Origin: Phycisphaera mikurensis NBRC 102666
Lineage (GTDB): Bacteria > Planctomycetota > Phycisphaerae > Phycisphaerales > Phycisphaeraceae
Length of the DNA stretch: 32,000 nucleotides
Reading direction: 5' to 3'
Assembly: GCF_000284115.1 (NCBI RefSeq)
Contig: NC_017080.1
Location: 900,001-932,000 of the forward strand
The translations under genes were made by a program, and so were the position numbers. The notes under the pieces were generated by a model. The model saw only the letters and a program-made list of their open reading frames with translations, ran no database searches and was not told the DNA's origin. Shown piece by piece: positions 14,577 through 22,881 of the stretch (position 1 is its first letter; each line of letters opens with the position of its first letter).

Positions 14577-15887
14577 GTGCCCCGATACGCCCACCTGCTC
14601 ATGGCCGCCGCCGCGGGGCTGCTGGTCATCGGCGTGGTGATGGTGCGCTCCGCGGGCATGGAGGTCGTCGGCCACGACCGGTCCGCCGGCGAGCCGGCGG
14701 TGCCGGCGGAGCTGCCCTTCGCCGAGCACCTGGGCGCCCCGGTGGCGCACGTGGCCGGGGCCGCCTGGGAGACGGGCCGCGGGGCGCTGGGGCTGGATGA
14801 GCAGGGCGGCGAGCGGCACCTGCTGTACGCGGCACTGGCGATCGCGGCGATGCTGCTGGGCAGCCGGCTCGACGTCGAGAAGCTCGCGGGGCCGCGCGTC
14901 CGCGCCGGCGACGCGGGGAGCGGCGCCGCACGCCGCCCGCCGGTGTTGCTGCTCCTGGCGCTCACGCTGGCGATCGGCTGCGTCGCGCTCACCTTCGTTC
15001 CGGGCCTGTCGCGGTCGGTCAACGGCTCGTCGCGGTGGCTGTGGGTCGGGCCGATCTCCTTCCAGCCCAGCGAGCTGGTCAAGTGGACGCTCGTGCCCGC
15101 CCTCGCGTGGTGGTGCGCCGCCCGCGGCCCGGCCATGAAGCGCTTCGGCTCCGGCCTGCTGCCGGCCCTCGCGCTGCTCGCCGTCGCCGCCGGGATGGTG
15201 CTGCTCGAGGACCTGGGCACCGGCGTGCTCATCGGCGGCGTCGCGCTGGCGCTGCTGCTCGCCGGCGGGGCCCGCTGGTGGCACCTGGGCCTGCTCGCCC
15301 CGCTGATTGGCGTGGCCGTCGCCGGGGCGATCGCCACCAGCCCGTACCGCGTCCGACGCCTCACCGCCTTCCTGGATCCCTGGGCCGATCCGCGGGGCAC
15401 CGGCTACCACCCGATCCAGTCGCTGGCCGCCTTCGCGGACGGCGGGCTGTTCGGTCGCGGGCTGGGCAACGGCACCCAGAAGTTCCACCTGCCCGAGGAC
15501 ACGACCGACTTCATCTTCCCGATCTTCGCGCAGGAGCTGGGCATCGCCGGCGCCGCGGTGCTCGTCGGCCTGTACCTCCTCGTGCTGTGGATCGGCCTCT
15601 CGGTCGCGGCCGAGCGGCCGCGGGCCTTCCCGCGGCTGTTCGCGTTGGGCGTGCTCGCGACGATCGGGGCGCAGGCCGCGACTAACCTCGCGGTGACCAC
15701 GGTGGTCGTGCCCACCAAGGGCATCGCGCTGCCGCTGGTGTCCGCGGGAGGCACGGGGTGGGTGCTGACCGCCTTCATGATCGGGCTGGTCGCGGGGCTG
15801 GAGCGGGAGGGGGGGCACGAGCGGGGGCGCGAGGCCCCGGTGAACCGGGAGACGCCGCCGGTGGCCGCGGGGGCGGTGGCGGTTTGA
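14577..15887 (+). CDS. ftsW: SEDS-family peptidoglycan glycosyltransferase FtsW (FtsW/RodA/SpoVE family)
   Basis: Track ORF 14406..15887. The first 57 codons are Pro-rich with clearly lower third-position GC (hand count about 74%), so I start at GTG 14577 (VPRYAHLLMAAAAGLLVIGVVMV); ATG 14601 is also possible. Family motifs are SFQPSELVKW, EDLGTGVLIG, LPEDTTDFIFPIFAQELGIAGA and PTKGIALPLVSAGGTG. It is called FtsW because murG follows directly. Confidence 0.85.
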   Translation: MPRYAHLLMAAAAGLLVIGVVMVRSAGMEVVGHDRSAGEPAVPAELPFAEHLGAPVAHVAGAAWETGRGALGLDEQGGERHLLYAALAIAAMLLGSRLDVEKLAGPRVRAGDAGSGAARRPPVLLLLALTLAIGCVALTFVPGLSRSVNGSSRWLWVGPISFQPSELVKWTLVPALAWWCAARGPAMKRFGSGLLPALALLAVAAGMVLLEDLGTGVLIGGVALALLLAGGARWWHLGLLAPLIGVAVAGAIATSPYRVRRLTAFLDPWADPRGTGYHPIQSLAAFADGGLFGRGLGNGTQKFHLPEDTTDFIFPIFAQELGIAGAAVLVGLYLLVLWIGLSVAAERPRAFPRLFALGVLATIGAQAATNLAVTTVVVPTKGIALPLVSAGGTGWVLTAFMIGLVAGLEREGGHERGREAPVNRETPPVAAGAVAV

Positions 15888-15904
15888 GGGGGGCGGAGGA
15901 GGTG

Positions 15905-17038
15905 GTGATCTACTTCGCGGGGGGCGGGACGGGGGGGCACGTGTACCCGAACGTCGCGGTGGCGGAGAGGCTCGGGCCGATGCTGGCGGAGCGGGGGAAG
16001 GCCCTGCGTGCGGTCTACGCCGTGAGCGACCGGGCGGTGGACGCGCGGGTCTGCGAGGCGGAGGGGCTGGAGGCGGTGGCGCTGCCGGCGCGTCCCGCGG
16101 CCACGCGGCCGGACCGGGCGTTGCGCTTCGCCGCGGCCTTCCGGCGTGCCCGGGCGGTCGCCGCCCGCCGCGTCGCGGCCGACCGGCCGGCGGCGCTGCT
16201 GGCCACCGGGGGCTTCGTGAGCGGCCCGGCAGTCGCGGCCGCCCGCCGGGCCGGCGTGCCGACCGCGCTGATCACCCTCGACGCCGTCGCCGGCCGCGCC
16301 GCGCGCTGGCTCGCCCGCGGCTGCGACGCCCGCTTCCTGGCCGTCGCGGGCGCGGGCCTGCCCGAGGCGAAGACCGTCGGCTACCCGCTGCGGTCCGCCT
16401 CGCTGGCCGCCGGCCGCGACCCGGGCGAAGCCCGCGCCGGCTACGGCTTGAACCCGCGACACCCCACGCTGCTCGTCTTCGCCGGCTCGTCGGGCGCCGA
16501 GACGATCAACCGCGGATCGCCGGCCTTCTTCGCCGATCGGGCCCGCGATCCGCGGCTCCGCGGCTGGCAGGTCCTCCACCTCACCGGCGGGAAGCTCCTG
16601 GCGGAAACCCGCGCCGCCTACGCGGCCGCCGGCGTCGCCGCCGCGGTCCGCGGCTACGAGCCCGCCATGGGCCGCGCCTGGGCCGCCGCCGACCTCGCCC
16701 TGACCCGCTGCGGGGCCGGCGGCGTCGCCGAGGCCCGGGCCAACGCGGTGCCCTGCGTCTTCCTGCCCTACCCCTGGCACCGCGACGGGCACCAGGAACG
16801 CAACGCCGGACCCCTGGTCGCGGCCGGCGGCGCCGTCGTCACCCCCGACCGCGTCGCCCCCGCCGCCAACGCCGCCTCCCTGGGCGACACCCTCCTCCCG
16901 CTGCTCGAGAACCCCGCCCGCCGCGCCGCCATGCGGGCCGCCCTCCGCGCCATGCCCGCCACCGACGCCGCCACCGCCCTCGCCGCGTGGCTCCTGGGCC
17001 GAGCCGGGGGAGGGCCGCCCGCCGACGGGCGCGGCTGA
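15905..17038 (+). CDS. murG: UDP-N-acetylglucosamine--N-acetylmuramyl-(pentapeptide) pyrophosphoryl-undecaprenol GlcNAc transferase
   Basis: Inner part of track ORF 15758..17038. GGAGGAGG at 15895..15902 is followed by GTG GTG (15902, 15905), giving (V)VIYFAGGGTGGHVYPNVAVAERL, the MurG N-terminal G-loop. TTG 15884 overlaps the ftsW stop as TTGA and is an alternative start. C-terminal motifs RCGAGGVAEARANAVPCVFLPYP and HQERNA are present. Confidence 0.9.
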   Translation: MIYFAGGGTGGHVYPNVAVAERLGPMLAERGKALRAVYAVSDRAVDARVCEAEGLEAVALPARPAATRPDRALRFAAAFRRARAVAARRVAADRPAALLATGGFVSGPAVAAARRAGVPTALITLDAVAGRAARWLARGCDARFLAVAGAGLPEAKTVGYPLRSASLAAGRDPGEARAGYGLNPRHPTLLVFAGSSGAETINRGSPAFFADRARDPRLRGWQVLHLTGGKLLAETRAAYAAAGVAAAVRGYEPAMGRAWAAADLALTRCGAGGVAEARANAVPCVFLPYPWHRDGHQERNAGPLVAAGGAVVTPDRVAPAANAASLGDTLLPLLENPARRAAMRAALRAMPATDAATALAAWLLGRAGGGPPADGRG

Positions 17039-17077
17039 GCACCGCTCCGCCCGCCGCGCCGGGATCCCTCGGCGCGG

Positions 17078-19333
17078 TCAGGCACCGCCCGGATCTCGAT
17101 CGACGCCGGGCGGATCGGCGGGCTCGGACAGCCACAGCCAGCTGGTCACCCCCCGCGGGTAGTAGCGGGACCCGCGGGGCACGCCCTTGAAGCACTGGTC
17201 GCTCCACGCCCACCACGAGGCCTCGGGGTGCGTCAGCCACCGCACGTGGCTCGCGTCCGCCGCCGCGGCGGCGTCCCCGCGCGGGATGCCGAGCAGGCCG
17301 TGGAACACGTGCTGGTTCAGGTAGATCTTCGAGAGCCACGAGTTGGTCGTCGTCGAGGAGAGCTTCCAGGCCCCCGCGTGGGGACCCTCGCCGAAGACGC
17401 ACCTCCCCGGCACCACCGCGGCCTCGGCGTGCCGCTTGAGCGCCGCGATGAGCCCCGCGTAGAGGCCGTCCTCGGCGAGCGCCTCCGCCTGCCCGCAGCG
17501 CGGCGGGAAGACCAGCCCCTCGATCGTCGGGATGATCGGGTCGTCGTGGCCCTCGAAGAGGATCGACGGCAGCGTCCCGCCCGGCAGCTCCGCCGAGGCG
17601 ATCGTCTGCGCCGCCCTGCCGGCCGACGCCCGGCTCCGCCGGGCCCGCTCGCCGTCGCCGAGCGTGTCGAACAGCCCGGCGAGCACCACCCAGCTCGCCC
17701 AGGTCTTCACCGCCATGTAGCTGTTGTTCCGCGTCTGTCCCAGCGACGCGTCGAGGCTGTCGTACGTGGTGATCTCCGCACCCAGCGGACCGCAGCGTGA
17801 CGAGTCCGAACCGATGACGCCGTTGCGTCGCGCCGGGTCGTGGTGGTCGCGGTTCTCCAGCGAGACCAGGCAGTCCTCGAAGGTCTCCCGCCGCCGCCGC
17901 ACCCACGCGGCGTCGCCGGTTGCGTGGGCGTAGACCGCGGCGCAGCAGACGAAGTTGGTCAGCTGCTCCGCGGTCATGTGGCTGAAGCACCCGCGCAGGT
18001 CGCCGAACTCGTAGCAGCTCTTGCCCGCCGGCGTGAAGTGGTTGGTCGTGCCGTGGTCGTGCGTGAAGGACAGCCCGCCGGGGAACCAGCGGGGGCTCCC
18101 GTCGGCCTCGGTCTCGCCGGGAAACTTCACCTCGTCGCGGTACGCGTAGCGGTCGATGAAGGCGTCCATCACGTTCCGCTGCGTCCAGGGGTGGAAGTCC
18201 AGGGCGAAGAAGATCATGTCCGCCGTTAGGTCGAACGTGTTCATCATCCGGAACTCGCCCTCGTTCACCACCCACCGCGGCGAGCGGCCCTCGCGGCGGC
18301 CGGGCAGCAGCGACGCGGGGTGCCGCGGATCGACGTCGTCGAGCAGCTGCGTGCTGCCGTAGTACGAGTGCACCGCGTGGCACAGCTGCCAGCGCCGGTC
18401 CTCGCTCAGGCCCGCCGCGTCCACCCGCGCGTCCAGCGCCTCCGCCCCCGCGATCGCGGCGTCCGCGGTCGCCAGCGCGTGGTCGCACACCCCGCCGAGA
18501 TCCCCGAAGAAGCGCGTGTAGAAGTACGCCGTCTCCAGCCCGCTGGTGGCCCGCCCCTCCCGGAAGAACGCGACCGCGTACCGCACCGTCGCCGTCTCGC
18601 CCGCGGGCACCGCCGTGGTGATCAGCCCCATCGGGCCGATGAAGTGCTCCGGGTTGCCCGGCCGGACCGGGCGGAGCAGCGCTTCGGGGTCGAAGGCCTG
18701 CCCCAGCTCGGTGCCCGGCTGGTCCGCCGACACCGCGATCGCCTTGATCCGTCCCTGGGCGATCGCCCGGCACCTCGGGGTGCGGAAGCTCCGCATCGCC
18801 GAATACGGGTCGTTGCCGCCGAAGCCGAAGAACGCCTTCCGCTCGCGGTCGCAGCCGGTGTTGTCCAGCGTCAGCTCCGCGATCACCGCCGGGCACGTGA
18901 GCCGCTTGAGCTCCGCCTCGTCGGTCGCGGGATCCTCGGGATCGGGCACCGGCTCGCCCGCCGAGATCACGCGAAAGGTCAGGTCGCCCGCTTGCCAGGT
19001 GTCCGTCGCCGCGCCGAGCCGCCGGCGGATCGCGTCCTCGGGGAAGTGCTCGGTCGTCACCCCCGCGATGCGGCCGAAGAAGTGGTCTTCCATCTTCGGT
19101 TCCTCCTCGTCGCCGGAGGTGAACGCCTCGGCCGCCTCGCTCGTGGGCGGGTCGAAGAACGGCAGCGCCAGGAAGCGGTTGGGGTCCTCCGCCGACTCGC
19201 ACCCCACGAACACCGGCTCGTCCGCCGGCTTGCCCTGCTCGAGCCCCAGGCCGCCGCGCGAGCCCCGGAAGCCGAGGGTGAAGCTGGCGAAGGCGCCGAA
19301 GGGGCTGTGCTGCGCGTTGTAGAAGATGTTCAT
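17078..19333 (-). CDS. Glycoside hydrolase family 52 protein (beta-xylosidase homologue)
   Basis: Track ORF of 751 aa, ATG at 19333. From memory it is collinear with Geobacillus stearothermophilus XynB2: MNIFYNAQHSPFGAFASFTLGFRGSRGGLGLE vs NLFFNAHHSPVGAFASFTLGFPGKSGGLDLE. Further matches are WVVNEGEFRMMNTFDLT, GGLSFTHD, GCFSHMTAEQLTNF, EITTYDSLDASLGQTRNN, NSWLSKIYL and YYPRGVTS. Confidence 0.9.
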   Translation of the reverse strand: MNIFYNAQHSPFGAFASFTLGFRGSRGGLGLEQGKPADEPVFVGCESAEDPNRFLALPFFDPPTSEAAEAFTSGDEEEPKMEDHFFGRIAGVTTEHFPEDAIRRRLGAATDTWQAGDLTFRVISAGEPVPDPEDPATDEAELKRLTCPAVIAELTLDNTGCDRERKAFFGFGGNDPYSAMRSFRTPRCRAIAQGRIKAIAVSADQPGTELGQAFDPEALLRPVRPGNPEHFIGPMGLITTAVPAGETATVRYAVAFFREGRATSGLETAYFYTRFFGDLGGVCDHALATADAAIAGAEALDARVDAAGLSEDRRWQLCHAVHSYYGSTQLLDDVDPRHPASLLPGRREGRSPRWVVNEGEFRMMNTFDLTADMIFFALDFHPWTQRNVMDAFIDRYAYRDEVKFPGETEADGSPRWFPGGLSFTHDHGTTNHFTPAGKSCYEFGDLRGCFSHMTAEQLTNFVCCAAVYAHATGDAAWVRRRRETFEDCLVSLENRDHHDPARRNGVIGSDSSRCGPLGAEITTYDSLDASLGQTRNNSYMAVKTWASWVVLAGLFDTLGDGERARRSRASAGRAAQTIASAELPGGTLPSILFEGHDDPIIPTIEGLVFPPRCGQAEALAEDGLYAGLIAALKRHAEAAVVPGRCVFGEGPHAGAWKLSSTTTNSWLSKIYLNQHVFHGLLGIPRGDAAAAADASHVRWLTHPEASWWAWSDQCFKGVPRGSRYYPRGVTSWLWLSEPADPPGVDRDPGGA

Positions 19334-19542
19334 CGGTGACGAAGCTAGGAAAACCCAGAAGCGTGCCGCTCAACGTGCCCGAGACGCTCCGCAGGTCGGG
19401 TGCTCGTCCCCGGAGCCGCTGGCGGCGTCGGAAGCCTCGGCACACGGCGAGTGCCGGGCACGCTGCGCTCCGCGCGTCGGGCTCTTTCGCCCTGGAACGC
19501 TTTGCGCGTCCTGGCACGCTGCGCCCGGCGTAGCTTCTGCCC

Positions 19543-22500
19543 GTGCCCGTCCGCCTCTTCGAGTCCGACCGCTTCGAGCCGCTCTGGACGCGGTTCCTCG
19601 AGGCGACGGACCCGCGGACGGCGGCGAATCCGCTGCGGCCCGAGGAGGTGGTGGTGCCCGGGGGCGGGTGGGAGGCGTGGCTGACGCGGCGGCTCGCCAG
19701 GGAGCGCGGGGCCGCGGTGCGGCCGCGGTGCTCGGCACTGGCGGCGTTGCTCCTGGGGGTGCAGCGGCGGGCGGGGGCGGCGGATCGCGACGGCCGGACC
19801 TTCTTCGACGTGGATGGGTGGACGCTGCGGCTGGCGGCGGCGCTGCGGGAGGAGCGGGCGGACGGCCCGCCCGCGCGCTGGCTCGCGGCGGGCGTCGGAG
19901 ACGAGGACGCGCTGGAGCGGCGGGTGCAGCTGGGCCGGCGGCTGGCGGTGCTGCTGGACGGGTACCTGCTGACGCGGCCGGAGCTGGTGGAGGCGATGGC
20001 GGCGGAGCCGGAGTCGCTTCCCGAAGAGATGAACGGGCGGTTCGCCGACGCCTTCGCCTGGCAGGCGCGGCTGTTCGGCCCGCTGCTGCGCGAGAGCGGG
20101 ATCGGGCCGGCGGGGCCGGCCTACGAGGCCCTCGCGGAGGAGCTGGCGACGGGGGAGGGCCACCACCCGGCGGTGCCGGCGCGGGTGGCGGTGTGGGTGA
20201 GCGGGGCGGTCGCGCCGGCGCAGCTCCGCGGGCTGGAGATGCTCGATGCCGCGGGGTGCGCGGTGACGGTGCTCGTGCTCGCGGCTTCGGAGACGTACCT
20301 GGCCGACCTGCTCCCGGCGTCGTGGTTCGGAGACGAGGAGGCGGCGGAGCTGGACGACCCGGACCTGCACCGCGAGCTGCCGCACCCGCTGCTGGCGGCG
20401 TGGGGGCAGCTCACGCGCGACCGGCAGAAGCTGCTGCTGGAGGAAACGGCGGGGGAGCGCTGGCAGCCCCAGGAGGTGGAGCCGGCGCGGGAGGCGGCCG
20501 AGCCCGCGGACCGCGGGCTCTTGGGGGCTCTGCAGGCGACGATCCGCGGCGCGAGGCCGCCGGAGCCCGGAATGGCCGACGCCGACGGATCGGTCGTCGT
20601 CCACGGCGCCGGCGGGCTGCGGCGGCAGGCGGAGGTGCTCCGCGAGCGGCTGCTGGTGGCCTTCGACGAGCTGCCGGGCCTGCGGCCCGAGGACGTGCTG
20701 GTGCTGTGCCCCGACCCGGAGGCCTTCGCGCCGCACGTGGAGGCGGTGTTCGAGCGACCGGTGCCCGGGCAGGCCCAGCCGCTGACGGTGCACCTCTCCG
20801 GCCGATCGCCGCGGCGCGAGCGGCCGGGCGTGTCGGCGTTCTTCCGCCTGCTGGGCGTGCTCGGCGGGCGGGCGGAGGCACCCGAGGTGCTCGGGCTGGT
20901 CGCCGATCCCGCCTTCGCCACGCCGGGCATGCCCGATGCGGCGGGAGCGGCAGCTCTCGGCGCCGACGTCGGCGCGGCGGGGATCCGCTTCGGCTTCGAC
21001 GCCGCCGACCGGGCGGCGGAGGGCCGGCCGGCGGACGCGACGCACACCTGGGAGGCGGGGCTGGACCGGCTGACGCTGGGCACGCTGCTGCCGCCGCCGG
21101 AGGGCGGGCGGCTGGGCGAGCCCGTCGGCTCGGTGGTCACGCTGGACCGGGCGGAGCGGGCGGAGACGCTGGGGGCGCTCGCCGGCTTCGTCGGGCGGCT
21201 GCACGCGGCGTGCGCCGAGGCCGACGAGCCGGCGGACGCACGCGCGTGGTCGGCGCGGGCGGTCGCCTGGTCCGAGGGCTTCCTCGCCGAGGGCTTCGAC
21301 GACTTCGGCCGCGCCCAGGTGCGCGAGGCCGCGGAGTCGCTGGCGGAGGACGCCGAGGCGGCGGGGCTCGCCGAGGACCTGCCGCTCTCGGTCTGGTCGG
21401 CCGAGCTGGGCCGGCGGCTGGACGGCGTCGCCGGCGGCGGCCGCTTCCGCACCGGCGGTGTGACGGTGTGCGAGCCGGCGGCGGCGGCGTGGCTCCCGCA
21501 CCGGGTGGTCGCGTGGCTGGGCCTCTCCGACGGCAGCTTCCCGCGGCGGACGCCCGAGGCATCCTTCGACCTCGCCGCCGCCGAGCACCGGCCCGGCGAC
21601 CGGCCCGCGGCGGCGGTCGATCGTTCGCTGCTGCTGGGCTCGCTGATGGCCGCCGGCGACCGCTTCCTGGTCGTCTTCGAGGACCGCGACACGCACGGCG
21701 ACCCCCGCGCCCCCGCGGCGGTGGTGGTCGAGCTGCTGGAGGTGCTGCGGACGCTCGTCGGCGAGGAGCACGCCGACGCGGTGTCCCCGGTCCACCACCC
21801 GATGCACGCCTTCAGCCCCGACGCCTTCGACGCGGCCGAGCCCGGACGGCAGGGCGTGGAGCCGGAGATGCTCGCCGCGGCGGAGGCGCTGGTGGCGGGC
21901 CGCCGCGGCGACGCTCCGGCGGTGGCGGCTTCGGGCGATGCGGCGGCCGGGGTGGAACCCGTGACGGAGGTGCCGCTCCGCGATCTCGAAGACCTGATGT
22001 GCCGCGCCTGGATCCTCCGCCTCCGCGCCCTCGGCGTCGGCGCCGACTTCGCCGACGCCGTGCCCGAGGCCGAGGACCCGCAGGAGCTCGACGCCCTCGA
22101 AGACTGGCAGCTCCGCGAAGCGCTGCTCGCGCACGGGCTCGGCGGTGTCGGCGCGGAGGAGGCCCGCCGCCGCCTCGCCGCCGCCGGTCGCACGCCCGCG
22201 GGCGCGATGGGCGACCGGGTGCTCGGCCGCCTCGCGGCGGAGGCCGAAGCCGTCGCCGCGGCGGTGGAGCGGGCGGCCGGAGCCGGTGGGCTGGCGAGCT
22301 TCGCACCGCTGACCATCGAGGCGGAGGTCGACGACGTCCGCGTGGCCGGCCGGGTGGAGCGGGTGCGGCCCGGGCTCCACCTGCACGCGACCAGCAGCCG
22401 GCTGAAGGCGAAGCGGCGGGCGGCGGCGTGGGTGCGGCACGTCGTGCTCGCGGCCGCGGGCGAGGGCCGCCGCGGCGTGGTCGTGGGCCGGCCCGAGGCC

Positions 22501-22881
22501 GGGCCGGGCGTGCAGACGCTCGACCTCGCCCCGCTCCGGCCGGGCGAGGCGTGGGAGCACCTCGGCGTGATGCTCCGCTGGCTCGAACGCGCGCGGCGCG
22601 AGCCGCTGCCCTGCGACGCCGACGTCGCGGCGGCGTTCCCCAAGGACGACGAGCCGCGTCCGTCGGACATCGAGGCGGCGCTGGCGAGGTTCCACGAGGC
22701 GCCGGGTTCGGGGCAGCCGGCGGCGGCCGACGGCCCGGACGTGAAGCTGGCTTTCGGCGACGCCGACCCGATGCGGCTGGAGGACGCCGAGCTCGGCAAC
22801 CTGCAGGCGGCGATGGCACGGGACCTGTGGGGCCCGCTGGAGGCGTGCCTCCGCGGCGCGGCGGAGGGCGCGTCGTCTTGA
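19543..22881 (+). CDS. recC: Exodeoxyribonuclease V gamma subunit RecC
   Basis: Track ORF of 1112 aa with a GTG start. From memory, matches to E. coli RecC include the N-terminus xxRLFESDRFEPL (vs LRVYHSNRLDVL), HPLLAAWGQLTRD (vs NPLLASWGKLGRD) and VHGAGGLRRQAEVLRERLL...LRPEDVLVLCPD (vs FHVCHSPQREVEVLHDRLL...LTPRDIIVMVAD). Confidence 0.85.
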   Translation: MPVRLFESDRFEPLWTRFLEATDPRTAANPLRPEEVVVPGGGWEAWLTRRLARERGAAVRPRCSALAALLLGVQRRAGAADRDGRTFFDVDGWTLRLAAALREERADGPPARWLAAGVGDEDALERRVQLGRRLAVLLDGYLLTRPELVEAMAAEPESLPEEMNGRFADAFAWQARLFGPLLRESGIGPAGPAYEALAEELATGEGHHPAVPARVAVWVSGAVAPAQLRGLEMLDAAGCAVTVLVLAASETYLADLLPASWFGDEEAAELDDPDLHRELPHPLLAAWGQLTRDRQKLLLEETAGERWQPQEVEPAREAAEPADRGLLGALQATIRGARPPEPGMADADGSVVVHGAGGLRRQAEVLRERLLVAFDELPGLRPEDVLVLCPDPEAFAPHVEAVFERPVPGQAQPLTVHLSGRSPRRERPGVSAFFRLLGVLGGRAEAPEVLGLVADPAFATPGMPDAAGAAALGADVGAAGIRFGFDAADRAAEGRPADATHTWEAGLDRLTLGTLLPPPEGGRLGEPVGSVVTLDRAERAETLGALAGFVGRLHAACAEADEPADARAWSARAVAWSEGFLAEGFDDFGRAQVREAAESLAEDAEAAGLAEDLPLSVWSAELGRRLDGVAGGGRFRTGGVTVCEPAAAAWLPHRVVAWLGLSDGSFPRRTPEASFDLAAAEHRPGDRPAAAVDRSLLLGSLMAAGDRFLVVFEDRDTHGDPRAPAAVVVELLEVLRTLVGEEHADAVSPVHHPMHAFSPDAFDAAEPGRQGVEPEMLAAAEALVAGRRGDAPAVAASGDAAAGVEPVTEVPLRDLEDLMCRAWILRLRALGVGADFADAVPEAEDPQELDALEDWQLREALLAHGLGGVGAEEARRRLAAAGRTPAGAMGDRVLGRLAAEAEAVAAAVERAAGAGGLASFAPLTIEAEVDDVRVAGRVERVRPGLHLHATSSRLKAKRRAAAWVRHVVLAAAGEGRRGVVVGRPEAGPGVQTLDLAPLRPGEAWEHLGVMLRWLERARREPLPCDADVAAAFPKDDEPRPSDIEAALARFHEAPGSGQPAAADGPDVKLAFGDADPMRLEDAELGNLQAAMARDLWGPLEACLRGAAEGASS

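Noticed and set aside
15758-15904. An upstream extension of murG overlapping the last 130 nt of ftsW
   Set aside because: The extension is Gly/Arg-rich. The MurG G-loop lies directly after the GTG codons at 15902/15905, which have a GGAGGAGG ribosome-binding site.
17054-17077. An 8-bp hairpin CCGCGCCG-N8-CGGCGCGG between the murG and GH52 stops
   Set aside because: The stem is short, there is no T-run on either strand, and it abuts the GH52 stop codon. This is too weak to call a terminator.
19491-19527. TGGAAC-N-TTTGC and TGGCAC sequences upstream of recC as possible sigma-54 promoters
   Set aside because: TGGCAC at 19512 has no GC dinucleotide at the required 12-nt spacing. In TGGAACgcTTTGCgcg the TTGC is 2 nt too close. 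recBCD also has no known sigma-54 dependence.
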